This document shows, piece after piece, positions 18,801 through 28,966 of a stretch of 64,000 bases of DNA; position 1 is the stretch's first letter, and every line of letters starts with the position of its first letter. The notes beneath the pieces were generated by a model that was given only the letters and a program-made list of their open reading frames with translations, ran no database searches and was not told where the DNA came from. The position numbers were made by a program, and so were the translations under genes. Origin of the DNA: a virus; IMG/VR virus record IMGVR_UViG_3300047379_000570, positions 7,164-71,163 of that record; one strand, 5' to 3'.

Positions 18801-21800
18801 TAACTTCTAATGTTGCAATAGCACTAAACGTAATTGCTGTGTTTGCAGCCATTTGCCCTGTTGTTGCTTCTGTCATTGTAAATGTTGATATTAACGGAAC
18901 TTGTGAGCCTGGATTTGCTGGCTGTTGTGTTGTTGTAAATGTTGTTAATGCATTATTAGATAGAGTATCAACACCTGTAACTGTGATAGTAATATCATTG
19001 GTGCCATTTACACCGTCCATATCACTACCATTAAGTATTAATACATCACCTATTTCATATTGTGTTCCGCCGTCACCGTCTATTTCTGCGTAGCCGCCGT
19101 TTATTCGCTGAACACTAAATTCAGCGCCGGCGCCCGGTCTATTAACGTTGGTTGGCAATAAACCTAAATAAGTTTCTGTTCCACTTGTTGCTGTACCTGA
19201 ACTACTAAATCCTGTAATTGCGCCAGTGCCGCTTACACTTGTTACTGTAATAGTAATGTCATTTGCTGGCGTTTGACCTTGTAGATCTGTACCTAATATT
19301 TTAAGTTCTTGATCTACAAAGAAGTTAAGTCCGCCAGTGTTTAATGTAACTGCATAGTTGCTTGGTGTAAGAGCAATATCAAATAATGCTCCAGTACCTA
19401 AAATAACTGTGCCTGTTGCATCTGTTGTATCACCAGTATTTGAACCAGTGCCTGTAACACTAGCAGCAGTAATATCGCCTGTTCCGCCAACATTGTCAAT
19501 TGTAACTACAGCATCGGTGCCTCCACCAATTTCTGCCGCTGCAACTGTAAATTGGTCTCCAATACTATAACCAGTACCTGGAGTAGTAACAATTACACTG
19601 TAAGTTGTTCCTTGCATTCTAATATCAATTACTGCATCTGCGCCACCCGAACCATTAGTGTATGTATAAGGTACAGAAGCAAACAACGCATCAACGTCTG
19701 GTGCAACACCGCTTTCAACTACTATAGTATCGATATTTCCTGTTTCACCGCCGGCTCCTGTAGTAATTCCCGTAACTTTTATAATTAAGTCGTTAGTACC
19801 GTCAACGCCGCCAGCAAATGTACTACCTAAAATTCTTAGTCTGTCGTTAACTACAAAGTTTTCTGAAATATTTGGCGGAGTACCTTCAACGCCAACTGAA
19901 GTATATGTGTTACCAGATAGTGTTACTGTAAATTCTGGCGGATTAATACCAACGCCGCCTACTAGAGTTGCATCTAATGCTGTATAGTTTGCTGTGCCTG
20001 CAACTGCTGTACCTGTAAGTGTTACTGTTGCAATACCGCCAGTTGCTGTAATACTATCAACTGTACCAAACATATCATTGGTGCCAGTTGCACCACCTAA
20101 TTCAGTTCCGTCAATTTTAAATGCATCACCTACCTCATAATTAAGACCTGCTAAATCAATTGCTGATAGAGAATAAGATCCGCCGGATCTTTGTATATCA
20201 AGCAACGCACCAGTACCAATAGGCTGAACTGTTGTTGGGGTTAATATTGGATATGTTTTTGTATTTGACACAAGTGGTGCAGTTAATGCACTACTTAATG
20301 AAACTGTACTTCCTACAACATTGTTAATAAATGTTGCTACACCATCGCCTCTATCTAATGCTAGGTTTGGAACAACACCGGTTGCATCAAACAATAGTAT
20401 ATCTGTATCTCCAATATTAGCATTGGATCCAATATTTAATGTTAAGTACTCGCCACCGCCTGCACTGTTATCAATAATATTAGTAACCTGTGAACCTACT
20501 GGAATAAGAGGACTTGTTAAAGGTGAACCAACTTCAGGTGAATTACCGTCAAACGGAATAGTATTTGCTCCGGTTTGGACTATTAGCTCAGACACCATTG
20601 CACCCGAAGAACCGTTACTTAATACATCAAATTCTGCGCCGTCAATTCCTGCTCCGGTATAAAAACCACCTTTTCTTAGTTGAGTATAACCGGCTGCTAA
20701 TTGCTGACCGTCTGCTGTTCCTACTTTTGATTTAGCATAGTACTGGAAACTTAAATTAGTTGGTACACTAATAATAACAAACGAACCTTCAGCTCGTGCA
20801 GCGCCTGCAACAGATGTTTCAAGAGCTTTAATTGTAATAGGTGTACCTACGTCAAATCCGTGTGCTGATACTGTTGTAACTGTAATTAGCGAAGCACCAA
20901 TACCGTCTGTTCCTGTACTTGCGTCAGTTACAACACTTAGAACACTTGTATCTGTTCCTGGAATTTCATATACACTTGGATATCCGCGCATCATAGAAAT
21001 TGCAGACCATTTAGTAGGCTGTAAGCCGTATTCAAAGTCAGCATCAAGCATACTTAATGGAGGAGCAATACGCATACGTTCAATTGCATCTGTTCCAAAA
21101 TCATATGGTCGTTGTGTTACTACACTTTTTCCATTTTCCATTTTTTCTACAAAAATTTGTAGATCGTCAGTTGTTGAATGTGTAGTTGTATTGTATTTTA
21201 AATTAATAGTAGTTACAGCATCAGTTGTTTGTAAATACTTTGGAAAATCATCGTCGCTGCCATGATCTTTAATAACACATTCTGCACCGGCTTCGGGGTC
21301 ACTAAAATTATAAATTATTTCATTTTTAGTTGTGTTAGTAACAAGCAATAATTCGTCCGAAGTATATCTACCTTGAATTTTAATATTACCTAAACCTGTT
21401 GTTTCTGCTGTAGGAAGGCTAGTAATTCCGTTAGTAAGAACATCAACAGTGTTTTGTGAAAGTGTTACAGCTCGCATACTTGCGCCAGCAATCACTGCTC
21501 CTGTTACTGCACTTGAAAATGTATGTAATGAAGTATCAGAACTTATACCTACATTCATTGTAATAGATGTTGCAGTGACGCCAGTAATAGTAATTGGTTT
21601 ATTAAAATATGGATCACGCTGCAATTCATTAGGAACACCTGCTCTGCGTGGATAAGGATGTAATGTAGCATTACCATCTAATGCACAAGTAAATGTTATT
21701 CCATCTGGTCTAATAATAATTTCATCATCAGCTTGAAGTGTGTGCGTACCAATCTCTAAAGTCATAATACCTGTTGAAGGCGTATATGTAGCATCAGTAG

Positions 21801-23124
21801 GCGTATAATGTGTTGTTTCTGCAGGTGTTGATGTATCTATAGTTTGTGTTACACCTACTTCATTTTGTGCGGTCCATGCTGTGTTATAAAGAATGTAATC
21901 TCTAATTAAATCTTGCAAAAATGCATGTGTGTCAATTTCTGGTATTCTATTTCCGTCAACTTGTGCAACACCTTGATCCCAATAGTAACTTATTGATTTA
22001 GTAATGCTTTCATTGCCACCATAACGGATATCGTGCAAATAAGAATCAATAATATAACCTACATCTCTTTCACACTTTGCTTGATTATATGTGTATCCAG
22101 TTTCCCATGTTACTTCGCTAACAATTTTATTCTTGTTGTTCATAATAGAATTTTTAGCTTGTTGCAGTACGTTTGTAACCCACCCAACACTAGGCACTGT
22201 TCTAGTTAATAGATCTAAAGTTGCTACTCCTGTTTCAATAACATCTGACATGATGTCAATTAATCCAGTAAGTGTTGTTCCTTCACCTGCGTCTGCATTT
22301 GATCCTGATGTTACTTGTGCAGTACTGTTTCCAGTGCTAACTGTTACAGTAGAACCTGTTACAACTTGAGCAATGATTGTTTTTAATCTACCATAACCTG
22401 CAACTACTGCGTCTTGATGATCGCCTGTTATTGATGCAGCAGGGTCAGATGAATTTGGAAATAACTTTGCACTATCAAAACTTGCACTATTTCCGCCATA
22501 AAGAATATCATATATTGCTGCTTCAATAGCATACTTTACATCAGTTGAACCTTTTGTTAAACCATAAGCTGCGTTAACGTCATACGAAGGATAGTTTACA
22601 AGTGTCCATGCTAAAACTTCGTCTCTTAAAAACGTTGCGTTTGCTATAAGTCTATCTTTTGCAGCAATTTTACTTGCTGTTGCATTTGTTGGATTAGTAA
22701 CTGAAAGGGCACTAGCTGTGCCAGTTCTCATAATATTTTTAATTTCAATAACGGATGATTTTACTCTTGCCTTTGCTGAAGTATCAGCAGCTACTTGAGG
22801 AATCAACAGCATATGATTTAATGCTCTATCAATTGTTCTAAAAACTGTTTCTGAATTATCGATAGAGTAACCTTCAGCTCTACCTAAAAATAATGCATTA
22901 AAGTTTGTATTTAGTGCAACATCAAATGCTGTACCGTCGATTATATATCCTATATCCCGTTTACATTTAGCTGTGTCAGCAATTTCTTTGTTAATGTATG
23001 CTGTGCTTTCTGCTTGCAAAAATGCTTTGTTAGCATTTAGTAGAGCATATGCATTCGGGTACAGATTTCCTTCAGTACCGAGTCCTGGGGTAAATTTATA
23101 ATTTTTTACTTGTGTTTTTGCCAT
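15817..23124 (-). CDS. Giant virion structural/tail fibre protein (2435 aa)
   Basis: Gly/Thr-rich beta repeats, N-terminal helical KCxRD repeats, a dockerin-like loop; lies in the fibre cluster. Confidence 0.8.
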   Translation of the reverse strand: MAKTQVKNYKFTPGLGTEGNLYPNAYALLNANKAFLQAESTAYINKEIADTAKCKRDIGYIIDGTAFDVALNTNFNALFLGRAEGYSIDNSETVFRTIDRALNHMLLIPQVAADTSAKARVKSSVIEIKNIMRTGTASALSVTNPTNATASKIAAKDRLIANATFLRDEVLAWTLVNYPSYDVNAAYGLTKGSTDVKYAIEAAIYDILYGGNSASFDSAKLFPNSSDPAASITGDHQDAVVAGYGRLKTIIAQVVTGSTVTVSTGNSTAQVTSGSNADAGEGTTLTGLIDIMSDVIETGVATLDLLTRTVPSVGWVTNVLQQAKNSIMNNKNKIVSEVTWETGYTYNQAKCERDVGYIIDSYLHDIRYGGNESITKSISYYWDQGVAQVDGNRIPEIDTHAFLQDLIRDYILYNTAWTAQNEVGVTQTIDTSTPAETTHYTPTDATYTPSTGIMTLEIGTHTLQADDEIIIRPDGITFTCALDGNATLHPYPRRAGVPNELQRDPYFNKPITITGVTATSITMNVGISSDTSLHTFSSAVTGAVIAGASMRAVTLSQNTVDVLTNGITSLPTAETTGLGNIKIQGRYTSDELLLVTNTTKNEIIYNFSDPEAGAECVIKDHGSDDDFPKYLQTTDAVTTINLKYNTTTHSTTDDLQIFVEKMENGKSVVTQRPYDFGTDAIERMRIAPPLSMLDADFEYGLQPTKWSAISMMRGYPSVYEIPGTDTSVLSVVTDASTGTDGIGASLITVTTVSAHGFDVGTPITIKALETSVAGAARAEGSFVIISVPTNLSFQYYAKSKVGTADGQQLAAGYTQLRKGGFYTGAGIDGAEFDVLSNGSSGAMVSELIVQTGANTIPFDGNSPEVGSPLTSPLIPVGSQVTNIIDNSAGGGEYLTLNIGSNANIGDTDILLFDATGVVPNLALDRGDGVATFINNVVGSTVSLSSALTAPLVSNTKTYPILTPTTVQPIGTGALLDIQRSGGSYSLSAIDLAGLNYEVGDAFKIDGTELGGATGTNDMFGTVDSITATGGIATVTLTGTAVAGTANYTALDATLVGGVGINPPEFTVTLSGNTYTSVGVEGTPPNISENFVVNDRLRILGSTFAGGVDGTNDLIIKVTGITTGAGGETGNIDTIVVESGVAPDVDALFASVPYTYTNGSGGADAVIDIRMQGTTYSVIVTTPGTGYSIGDQFTVAAAEIGGGTDAVVTIDNVGGTGDITAASVTGTGSNTGDTTDATGTVILGTGALFDIALTPSNYAVTLNTGGLNFFVDQELKILGTDLQGQTPANDITITVTSVSGTGAITGFSSSGTATSGTETYLGLLPTNVNRPGAGAEFSVQRINGGYAEIDGDGGTQYEIGDVLILNGSDMDGVNGTNDITITVTGVDTLSNNALTTFTTTQQPANPGSQVPLISTFTMTEATTGQMAANTAITFSAIATLEVTFPAAHGLVPGDTFITATSTDDGTNNHDLADGAFLVTNIPAIDKLRYTARAAGTITTDATDPINGVIYARPDSFFVHRPFDGGVQLGTGGPQHGAQAIRQSKKYIRYQSGKGIMYTTGALFAPSYDLSTISAAGTELNSLITITTDDNDHGVQAGGIIRLLGVETPGYNSGVNPEVPPGFDYTVEEVLSERSFTVRSKRRLGDTTEIVLNSPTNTSPLVVAFDEAAGGTNTNDIHDFFINETAPDGYAWGDINNSGSFTVDDTNDLINYLDGVSQAESLSTRIADTLAELKKRRNTAVVEDTIGAFKQEANIGFGAQMSVVAWHGATVRSGIFDDQNGIFWEFDGTNVSVNQRTGTQQVAGTIAIEVDGNLVTGTNTRFRDQLTAGDRVIIKGMTHVVTNVTSQTSCTVTPDFRGVTPATGAKMNLVIDKKVKSADFNLDTLDGTGPSGYDIDIAKMQMIGIQYSWYGAGFIDFMLRGQDGNFIFCHRMRNSNVNTEAFMRSGNLPVRYEVTNEGPPGKLAADLDASATTLELVDGSFFPEYGTVYIDNEIITFSGRSSNHLTGLTRGTTLTNFQAGAERTYSAGGAVPHEARTGVILISNTITPLISHWGSAFLTDGGFDEDRGYIFSYAEPGIEVSTTKQTAFMIRLAPSVSNAIIGDLGERELLNRAQLLLQGLEVTSDGVDTGNSNAPITGGIVVEGVLNPQNYPINPNDVGWTTLSGVAQGGQPSFAQVAAGGSVVWSSGDAATTATATAVGSLSFTVNTFYSTWRRGNYLYLNKSQYESNGPIVVGATVTGSNIRSGTTITSVDENNSNYVFVRLSQNVQNTVGSGQTMTFTFNQSLVGRNFAYLSKSEVDSAGVKQGTNLSNGGTVTFPANTQVNSITPKQHGSTEFYEIQFNNSFSGTLTAGSGTVEFTFVQPPYAQPGETVFSFIATPGERATVDFSELKELTNTTLGGRGTFPNGPDVLAINVYKVGGTNVEANLILKWGEAQA

Positions 23125-23127
23125 GTT

Positions 23128-24048
23128 TTATAATCCAAATGCTACTGAAAATGCTACTGCTGTTTTATCTACATAACCTTTATTTGCTACACTTTTCTTT
23201 GTTGTTAAAACATTATTAACATCAGCTGATGTAAATGTAGCAGTTGAAGGTGTCGTTACGCCAATTGTTGTATTGTTTATAGTACTTTCTGTTATGTTAC
23301 TAGTATTTATAGGAATTGATAACCCTGTACTATTAATTTCTCCTACAAAAGAATTATTGTTTTTAATAACAATTTTATTTGCAGCGTCTAATTCTAAGTT
23401 TGTGTTTGATGTAATATTACTGACGCCAACACCGTTATAGTTAACACCGTTGGTTGTTAAAAAACCTTCAACAAATATATCTTTGCTTACGCCTATGCCG
23501 CCAGCAACACGCAGGGCACCTGTATCTCCAGATGTAGCATTAGTTGGAGCTGTTAGTGCTAGTTCACCAAATTGTCCTGCAGCATCAGTAATTGTAATTA
23601 TATTGTAAAGGCCTGTAGCTGCATCGCCGTAATATAATGTGTCTGGAGCATCAGTTGAAACTGTAAACTGTAGTATACCACCAGTTTGTCCTTGGGCTGC
23701 TGCTTCGGTTGTAATTACACCATCATCATGAGTATGTTGTAATCCTGTATTATATAGTGTGCCTTGATCGTCACTAAAAATACTAAATGTATTTTCAGTT
23801 AAAGTTAAGTTAAAAGTATATCGTGTAACTCTATTAAGTGCTAAGGAAGGGTTTTGCTCAGGCTCATTATTAATTAAGTAATAACCTACTGCGTCAGTAA
23901 AGGAGTAGTCAGTAGCGCCACCGGCGCCGCCTCCTCCTGCACCTGCTGCTTGAATAGAAGTTGCAACAATATTACCTTGGTCATCGACGCTGAAGTTTGG
24001 ACTTGAAAATCCAAACTGTGAATTAAAAGGTTTATTTACTACAGGCAT
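23128..24048 (-). CDS. Tail fibre-associated protein
   Basis: GALRVAGGIGVSKD fibre motif, ANKGYVD, and hydrophobic C-terminus AVAFSVAFGL. Confidence 0.7.
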   Translation of the reverse strand: MPVVNKPFNSQFGFSSPNFSVDDQGNIVATSIQAAGAGGGGAGGATDYSFTDAVGYYLINNEPEQNPSLALNRVTRYTFNLTLTENTFSIFSDDQGTLYNTGLQHTHDDGVITTEAAAQGQTGGILQFTVSTDAPDTLYYGDAATGLYNIITITDAAGQFGELALTAPTNATSGDTGALRVAGGIGVSKDIFVEGFLTTNGVNYNGVGVSNITSNTNLELDAANKIVIKNNNSFVGEINSTGLSIPINTSNITESTINNTTIGVTTPSTATFTSADVNNVLTTKKSVANKGYVDKTAVAFSVAFGL

Positions 24049-24080
24049 CGAAGTCTCCGTTTAGTATATTTATACAAATT

Positions 24081-24473
24081 TTAATCTGCAAGGGTTTGGA
24101 AGTACGTTGCCGTATACATTACCCTTGCACCCTCTTTGCCAGCTGCTGCCGGACTTACAATTAATTCAAATGAAGACTTATCAACATTTGCACTAAGAGT
24201 TAAAATATCAGTACTTAACCCAGCCCTGCCTGTAATTGTAATTGCTGCATCATCCGGACCAGCAATTGCAAGTACTTGAATTGTCTCTTTATCATTTCTT
24301 CCGTTGTCTGCAATGATTGTATAATTAGCACTCATAATTTCACCAATGTGCCATTTATCTAATACAATATTGCTGTGAAGAGACTTCCAATGGTTTTTAT
24401 AGGCAAATTGTGTGTTGTTTCTTAGTCTAAGTGTGTTGTGCGCACCCTTAATAAAAAAATCTCTAAATTCCAT
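24081..24473 (-). CDS. Hypothetical structural protein
   Basis: 130-aa beta-rich ORF with late promoter at 24503-24510 and SD AGGA. Confidence 0.7.
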   Translation of the reverse strand: MEFRDFFIKGAHNTLRLRNNTQFAYKNHWKSLHSNIVLDKWHIGEIMSANYTIIADNGRNDKETIQVLAIAGPDDAAITITGRAGLSTDILTLSANVDKSSFELIVSPAAAGKEGARVMYTATYFQTLAD

Positions 24474-24545
24474 GCTATTTCCTAAAGTTCAGTTTCTAGT
24501 ATTATTTATCTACATAGCTATAAGTAAAACATAATAGGAGACTAC

Positions 24546-25271
24546 ATGTTTAATAAGAAGATAGTGCTTAAAGCTCTCACTCCTGATTTAAGTGTATCAA
24601 TGAATGCACCCATAGTATATGGTGAGAAATTAGAAAGACCTAGTTGGCTTAAATCTATTAAGAGCACTGTAACTCATTGGAATGAACGAATAGGTTTATA
24701 TGATAAATCTGGAACTGTAGCTGTATGTCCTGGTATTAGAGAATACTTGTCAAAACCAATACACATCAACATGTGGGAAGAAGTTGACATACGAATTAAC
24801 CCCGATGGAAGCTGGACAAATACTCCAAGTAATGCAGGAGGTGCTTGTCCAATAGATATTTCAGAACATCCAGAGGACCAATGGAGGGGAATGTATCCTG
24901 GAAAAAGAGTTGCTCTTAAATTGACTAGTCCATGGAAATTTACGTGTAACCAAGACATTGGGTTTTTATTTACAGAATCGCACTATAGCACATCTTATTT
25001 TAGAGAAAGAGACATTTGGTTATCTCCAGGATATACGAACTTTAAATGGCAACATTCTACTAATGTTCATTTAAATTGTCCAGTTAAAGATGAACCTTAT
25101 GTTATTACACTAAAACACGGAATGCCATTAATATCTTTATTTCCGTTAACGGAAAGAAAACTTGATTTACAAATTGAAAAAATAGATTTTAACACATGGG
25201 CAGAAATAGGCGAACATTTTCCTAAAATTAAATTTGGAAAATATTATAAACAGCCTGGATTTAAAAAATGA
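24546..25271 (+). CDS. Hypothetical protein (CP...PW...G.PL family)
   Basis: SD GGAG; CPGIREYL, LTSPW and GMPLISLFP; appears paralogous to the next ORF. Confidence 0.7.
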   Translation: MFNKKIVLKALTPDLSVSMNAPIVYGEKLERPSWLKSIKSTVTHWNERIGLYDKSGTVAVCPGIREYLSKPIHINMWEEVDIRINPDGSWTNTPSNAGGACPIDISEHPEDQWRGMYPGKRVALKLTSPWKFTCNQDIGFLFTESHYSTSYFRERDIWLSPGYTNFKWQHSTNVHLNCPVKDEPYVITLKHGMPLISLFPLTERKLDLQIEKIDFNTWAEIGEHFPKIKFGKYYKQPGFKK

Positions 25272-25987
25272 AAACAGTATATTGGGCTCCGTGGGATAGA
25301 ATAGATTTATTAGAACCTATGTATTTAGGATTTACCGAACCAGTAAATGTACTTGAAGATTTACAAAAAAGACAAAATAAAGAAAATAATCAAGATAACT
25401 TTTTAAATTGTCCTGCTTTTGTAAACAGTAGTAAAAATCTTTTTATGCTAAACAGTCCTGTTAATATAGATGTTGACATTTTTCCTGAGCATCTAAGAAA
25501 TAATCTTAGCGATAATATACCATTTAATGAAAGAAATTTTATTTTGAAACAGCCGTCTTTATTAAATGCTTATACTGTAAGATCTGCAGGCGCATGGATC
25601 TTTTTTTGTGAAGAAGAATTAGAAATAGAATCCATGCATCCGTATATGCACAAAACACCAGTTACTGATGCAGGATTTTATGTTCCCGGAAGATTTGATA
25701 TCTCACAGTGGTTTAGGCCATTAGAATATGCATTTCAACTGCACGAAGGTAACACAAATTTTAAAGTGGGTCAAGGTGATCCTTTAATGTATGTTAATTT
25801 TAAAACTAATGAGAAAGTAAAATTACAAAAGTTTTTTCTAACCGAAGAATTATTATCGTTGTCAATGAGTTGCGTAAGATTAAAAAATACTTGGAAGCAG
25901 AGAAATTTAAATAAATTATACGACATTTTTAAAGGTTCAAAAATAAAAAATCAATTAATAAAAAAAATCAAAGAAAATTTAATATAA
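25268..25987 (+). CDS. Hypothetical protein (same family as the upstream ORF)
   Basis: CPAF, PGRFDISQWFRP and GDPLMYV; ATGA overlap with the upstream gene. Confidence 0.7.
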   Translation: MKTVYWAPWDRIDLLEPMYLGFTEPVNVLEDLQKRQNKENNQDNFLNCPAFVNSSKNLFMLNSPVNIDVDIFPEHLRNNLSDNIPFNERNFILKQPSLLNAYTVRSAGAWIFFCEEELEIESMHPYMHKTPVTDAGFYVPGRFDISQWFRPLEYAFQLHEGNTNFKVGQGDPLMYVNFKTNEKVKLQKFFLTEELLSLSMSCVRLKNTWKQRNLNKLYDIFKGSKIKNQLIKKIKENLI

Positions 25988-26563
25988 ATGATACACAGTT
26001 TATTTCCAACTACCGTATACAATATACAGATTGCTAATACAATGCGACTCGAGTTGTTAGACGCATGTAATAGCGTGTTGACAGATGTAGGTGAAGATCA
26101 TTTACTAAATATAGAAGGTTGGAATAGTACATTACACTCGGCACCTGATGAGTCAAATGTTATTAATAATATTCCTATAGTTATTGAAACATTTAAACTT
26201 ATTAAAGAATCTATACAAGATTTTTTAAATCAAAGAAACCAACCATATTTTGAAGAAGATATGCAACACCCGTTTGGGTTTTTTAGTGATATGAAAAACA
26301 ATGGATATTTACGTAGACATGCACATTTGGATTGTAAATTTAGTGGAATTATATATTTAGAAGTAGGCGATAATGTTCCTCCTTTAGTATTTCATGATCC
26401 TAGACCGTATACTAAATTTGAATCTAGTAAATATTGTACTAATCCTGTTATTACTATTCCACCGCAGCAAGGAATGATGTTGATATGGGATCACTGGTTA
26501 GAACATGAGGTGTATACAAAAACAAATGACAACCCTCGTAAAAGTTTTACGTTTAATATTTAG
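25988..26563 (+). CDS. Putative 2OG-Fe(II) oxygenase
   Basis: HAH..CKFSGIIYL, FHDPRP, WLEHEV and RKSFTFN. Confidence 0.8.
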   Translation: MIHSLFPTTVYNIQIANTMRLELLDACNSVLTDVGEDHLLNIEGWNSTLHSAPDESNVINNIPIVIETFKLIKESIQDFLNQRNQPYFEEDMQHPFGFFSDMKNNGYLRRHAHLDCKFSGIIYLEVGDNVPPLVFHDPRPYTKFESSKYCTNPVITIPPQQGMMLIWDHWLEHEVYTKTNDNPRKSFTFNI

Positions 26564-26571
26564 GAAACAAA

Positions 26572-27171
26572 ATGGATAAAAATTTTAGAGAATCTATCCA
26601 ATGGCTTAGCGTTCCAATACATTTTTGGGAGTTTAGTTTTGAGGATACCGACGAGTACTCTGTAGAAGAATTACACAATGATGTAGAGCGTGTTATTAAA
26701 GAAGTAGGCGATGCTAGGAATAAAGAAACAAATGTAAAGGCTACTATAATGACCGATTGGCTTATGACCGATCACAAGCCTTTTAAGTATATTTGCGACC
26801 ATGTTGAATCTTTAATACAACAATGGCACAAAGAAAAAAGTGACTTAGATTTAAAAACATTTATGACAACATGTTGGGGATCAATATATACTCGAGGAGA
26901 CTACAGTGAACTACATGCACATGTGCCTGCTTTGTATAGCTGGGTGTATTATGTAAAAGTAGACGACGATGCTGCTCCGCTTCATTTCCCACACGAACCC
27001 GGAATGTATTATAAGCCTAAATCTGGGGATGGAATAATTTTTCCCGGTTGGTTATCACACCAAGTACAGCAACATCAAAGCGATAATGAAAGAATTATTG
27101 TTGTAGGAAACGTTGAAGGAACTGGTGCAATTAGTTACCCTCAACGTTCATTTACAGATGTTAATTTGTAA
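26572..27171 (+). CDS. Putative 2OG-Fe(II) oxygenase
   Basis: HAH...YSWVYYV, IIFPGWLSHQV and RIIVVGN. Confidence 0.8.
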   Translation: MDKNFRESIQWLSVPIHFWEFSFEDTDEYSVEELHNDVERVIKEVGDARNKETNVKATIMTDWLMTDHKPFKYICDHVESLIQQWHKEKSDLDLKTFMTTCWGSIYTRGDYSELHAHVPALYSWVYYVKVDDDAAPLHFPHEPGMYYKPKSGDGIIFPGWLSHQVQQHQSDNERIIVVGNVEGTGAISYPQRSFTDVNL

Positions 27172-28966
27172 CTGTAATTAGTTTTCCGTATTCAGGAAGA
27201 TACAGATATTCAATATCACAACTTGCTAGTGTGCGTATTGCATCATCAAGTGTTTCTACAAGAGGCTCACCACCTAAGTTAAAACTTGTATTAAAGATAA
27301 TTGGACACCCTGTTGCATCCTTAAATGCTTTAATAATATCATAGTAATGTTGATTCTGTTCTCTAGTAACAGTTTGAATACGACACGTTCCGTCGACATG
27401 AATAATCGCTGGAATTTTTTCTTCAATGCCTGGCTGGCAATTTACAGCATACATCATACTAGGACTATCTTCCATGCCACGAAGATCAAACCATTCGTGT
27501 ACATCATCTTGTAAAATAGTTCCTGCAAATGGGCGGAAGTATTCACGGCGTTTTACTTCGTTAACATGATCTTTTCCGTTAGGATCTGTCGGATCATATA
27601 AAATACTTCTATTACCTAAAGCACGTGGTCCTGCTTCAGAACGTCCTTGAAATAAGCTAACAATGTTTTTTGATGTAATTAAATTTACAATATCGTCATG
27701 AGTTGCATCACTAATTGTTGCATCATATTTTTGTGCTGCTGTTTCTATTTCTTCGTCAGTATAATTATATTCTAATCCTAAATACAGTCCGTCATCTTTA
27801 TAATCAACTTCGGCATGATCGACGATATCTTTATATACTAGCATTGCAGCACCCATCGACGTGCCTGCGTCATTTGAAACTGGCTCAACGTAAATGTTAA
27901 TTCCTTCATCTTTTAACTGCTCTAAATACCAATAATTTGCCACACAATTTAAACCGTAGCCTCCACTGATTACAACATTATTATTGCCAGTCATTTCAAC
28001 AGCTTTTCTAATTAGTCTTAAAACTTCAGCCTGTGATTCTGTTTGTACAGCATAAGCTAAATCTCTTCTATTATCTAGTTTAGTTAAATCCTCAAAATTT
28101 ACATCTGAATTTTCTGTAAATTCATATGCTTGATGATTAATGTATGCGCCGTTTGGATACTGTGGAATAATAAAATTTCTATTAGATAAACTATGTTTTG
28201 TATTTCCAAACAATTTAGGAAATGCATCGTTTGGTTTACCATATGGAAATAATCCCATTGTTTTTCCAGCTTCAATAAAATGCCAGCCACAAAAGTATGT
28301 TACAGCTTCATATGTTTTTACAATTCCAGCTGTGTCTGAAATTACACACTCAAACGTATGACCTTCTGGATCCATAAATGCATCGCCATTATAAGTATCC
28401 ATTGTTGTTAACGATGCATCTTTACAAGCTACATGTTTATATAATGTATGAATTTGATTTGGATACTCGCAAGAATAAATTGATTCTGTTTCATAGCCAG
28501 GAGCAGGCGCAGCTGGGTTATTGTTGTGATCAGTCTTGTTAACTGGCATTACTGATCCTGCACCATCTACAATTACTGCAACAGCAGATTCAAATCCACT
28601 TCTATAAAATGCACATGCAGCATGTAATTTATGATGAATTTTTCCTAGATTAACTACTTGCGGATGTTGATTAGGATCTTCTGTTCTTGAAATTAGTCCT
28701 GTCTTCCTAAAAAAAGAAGTGTAAATATCTTCGCCTGTAAAATCAGTTCTTTGGTTACCAATATCTTCTGTTGTATGGCAAAGTACAACATAGTCTATTT
28801 TATCTGTATAGTCTAAAATTTTCATCATAACAGTTGTAGGTGTGCCATCATACTTGCGTCTTGACAGTCTTTCTTCTTCAATGGCAAATACAACTTTGCC
28901 ATTTTTTAAAAGACACACACTTGCATTGTGTCCTCGAGTAATACCTGCAATCCAAATATCCTTCAT
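27161..28966 (-). CDS. Carbamoyltransferase (NodU/CmcH family)
   Basis: HNAS...EEERLSRRK, HHKLHA, DGAG, AGKTMGL, GGYGLNCVAN, GPRALGNRSI, KRREYFRPFA and NTSFN. Confidence 0.95.
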   Translation of the reverse strand: MKDIWIAGITRGHNASVCLLKNGKVVFAIEEERLSRRKYDGTPTTVMMKILDYTDKIDYVVLCHTTEDIGNQRTDFTGEDIYTSFFRKTGLISRTEDPNQHPQVVNLGKIHHKLHAACAFYRSGFESAVAVIVDGAGSVMPVNKTDHNNNPAAPAPGYETESIYSCEYPNQIHTLYKHVACKDASLTTMDTYNGDAFMDPEGHTFECVISDTAGIVKTYEAVTYFCGWHFIEAGKTMGLFPYGKPNDAFPKLFGNTKHSLSNRNFIIPQYPNGAYINHQAYEFTENSDVNFEDLTKLDNRRDLAYAVQTESQAEVLRLIRKAVEMTGNNNVVISGGYGLNCVANYWYLEQLKDEGINIYVEPVSNDAGTSMGAAMLVYKDIVDHAEVDYKDDGLYLGLEYNYTDEEIETAAQKYDATISDATHDDIVNLITSKNIVSLFQGRSEAGPRALGNRSILYDPTDPNGKDHVNEVKRREYFRPFAGTILQDDVHEWFDLRGMEDSPSMMYAVNCQPGIEEKIPAIIHVDGTCRIQTVTREQNQHYYDIIKAFKDATGCPIIFNTSFNLGGEPLVETLDDAIRTLASCDIEYLYLPEYGKLITVTN

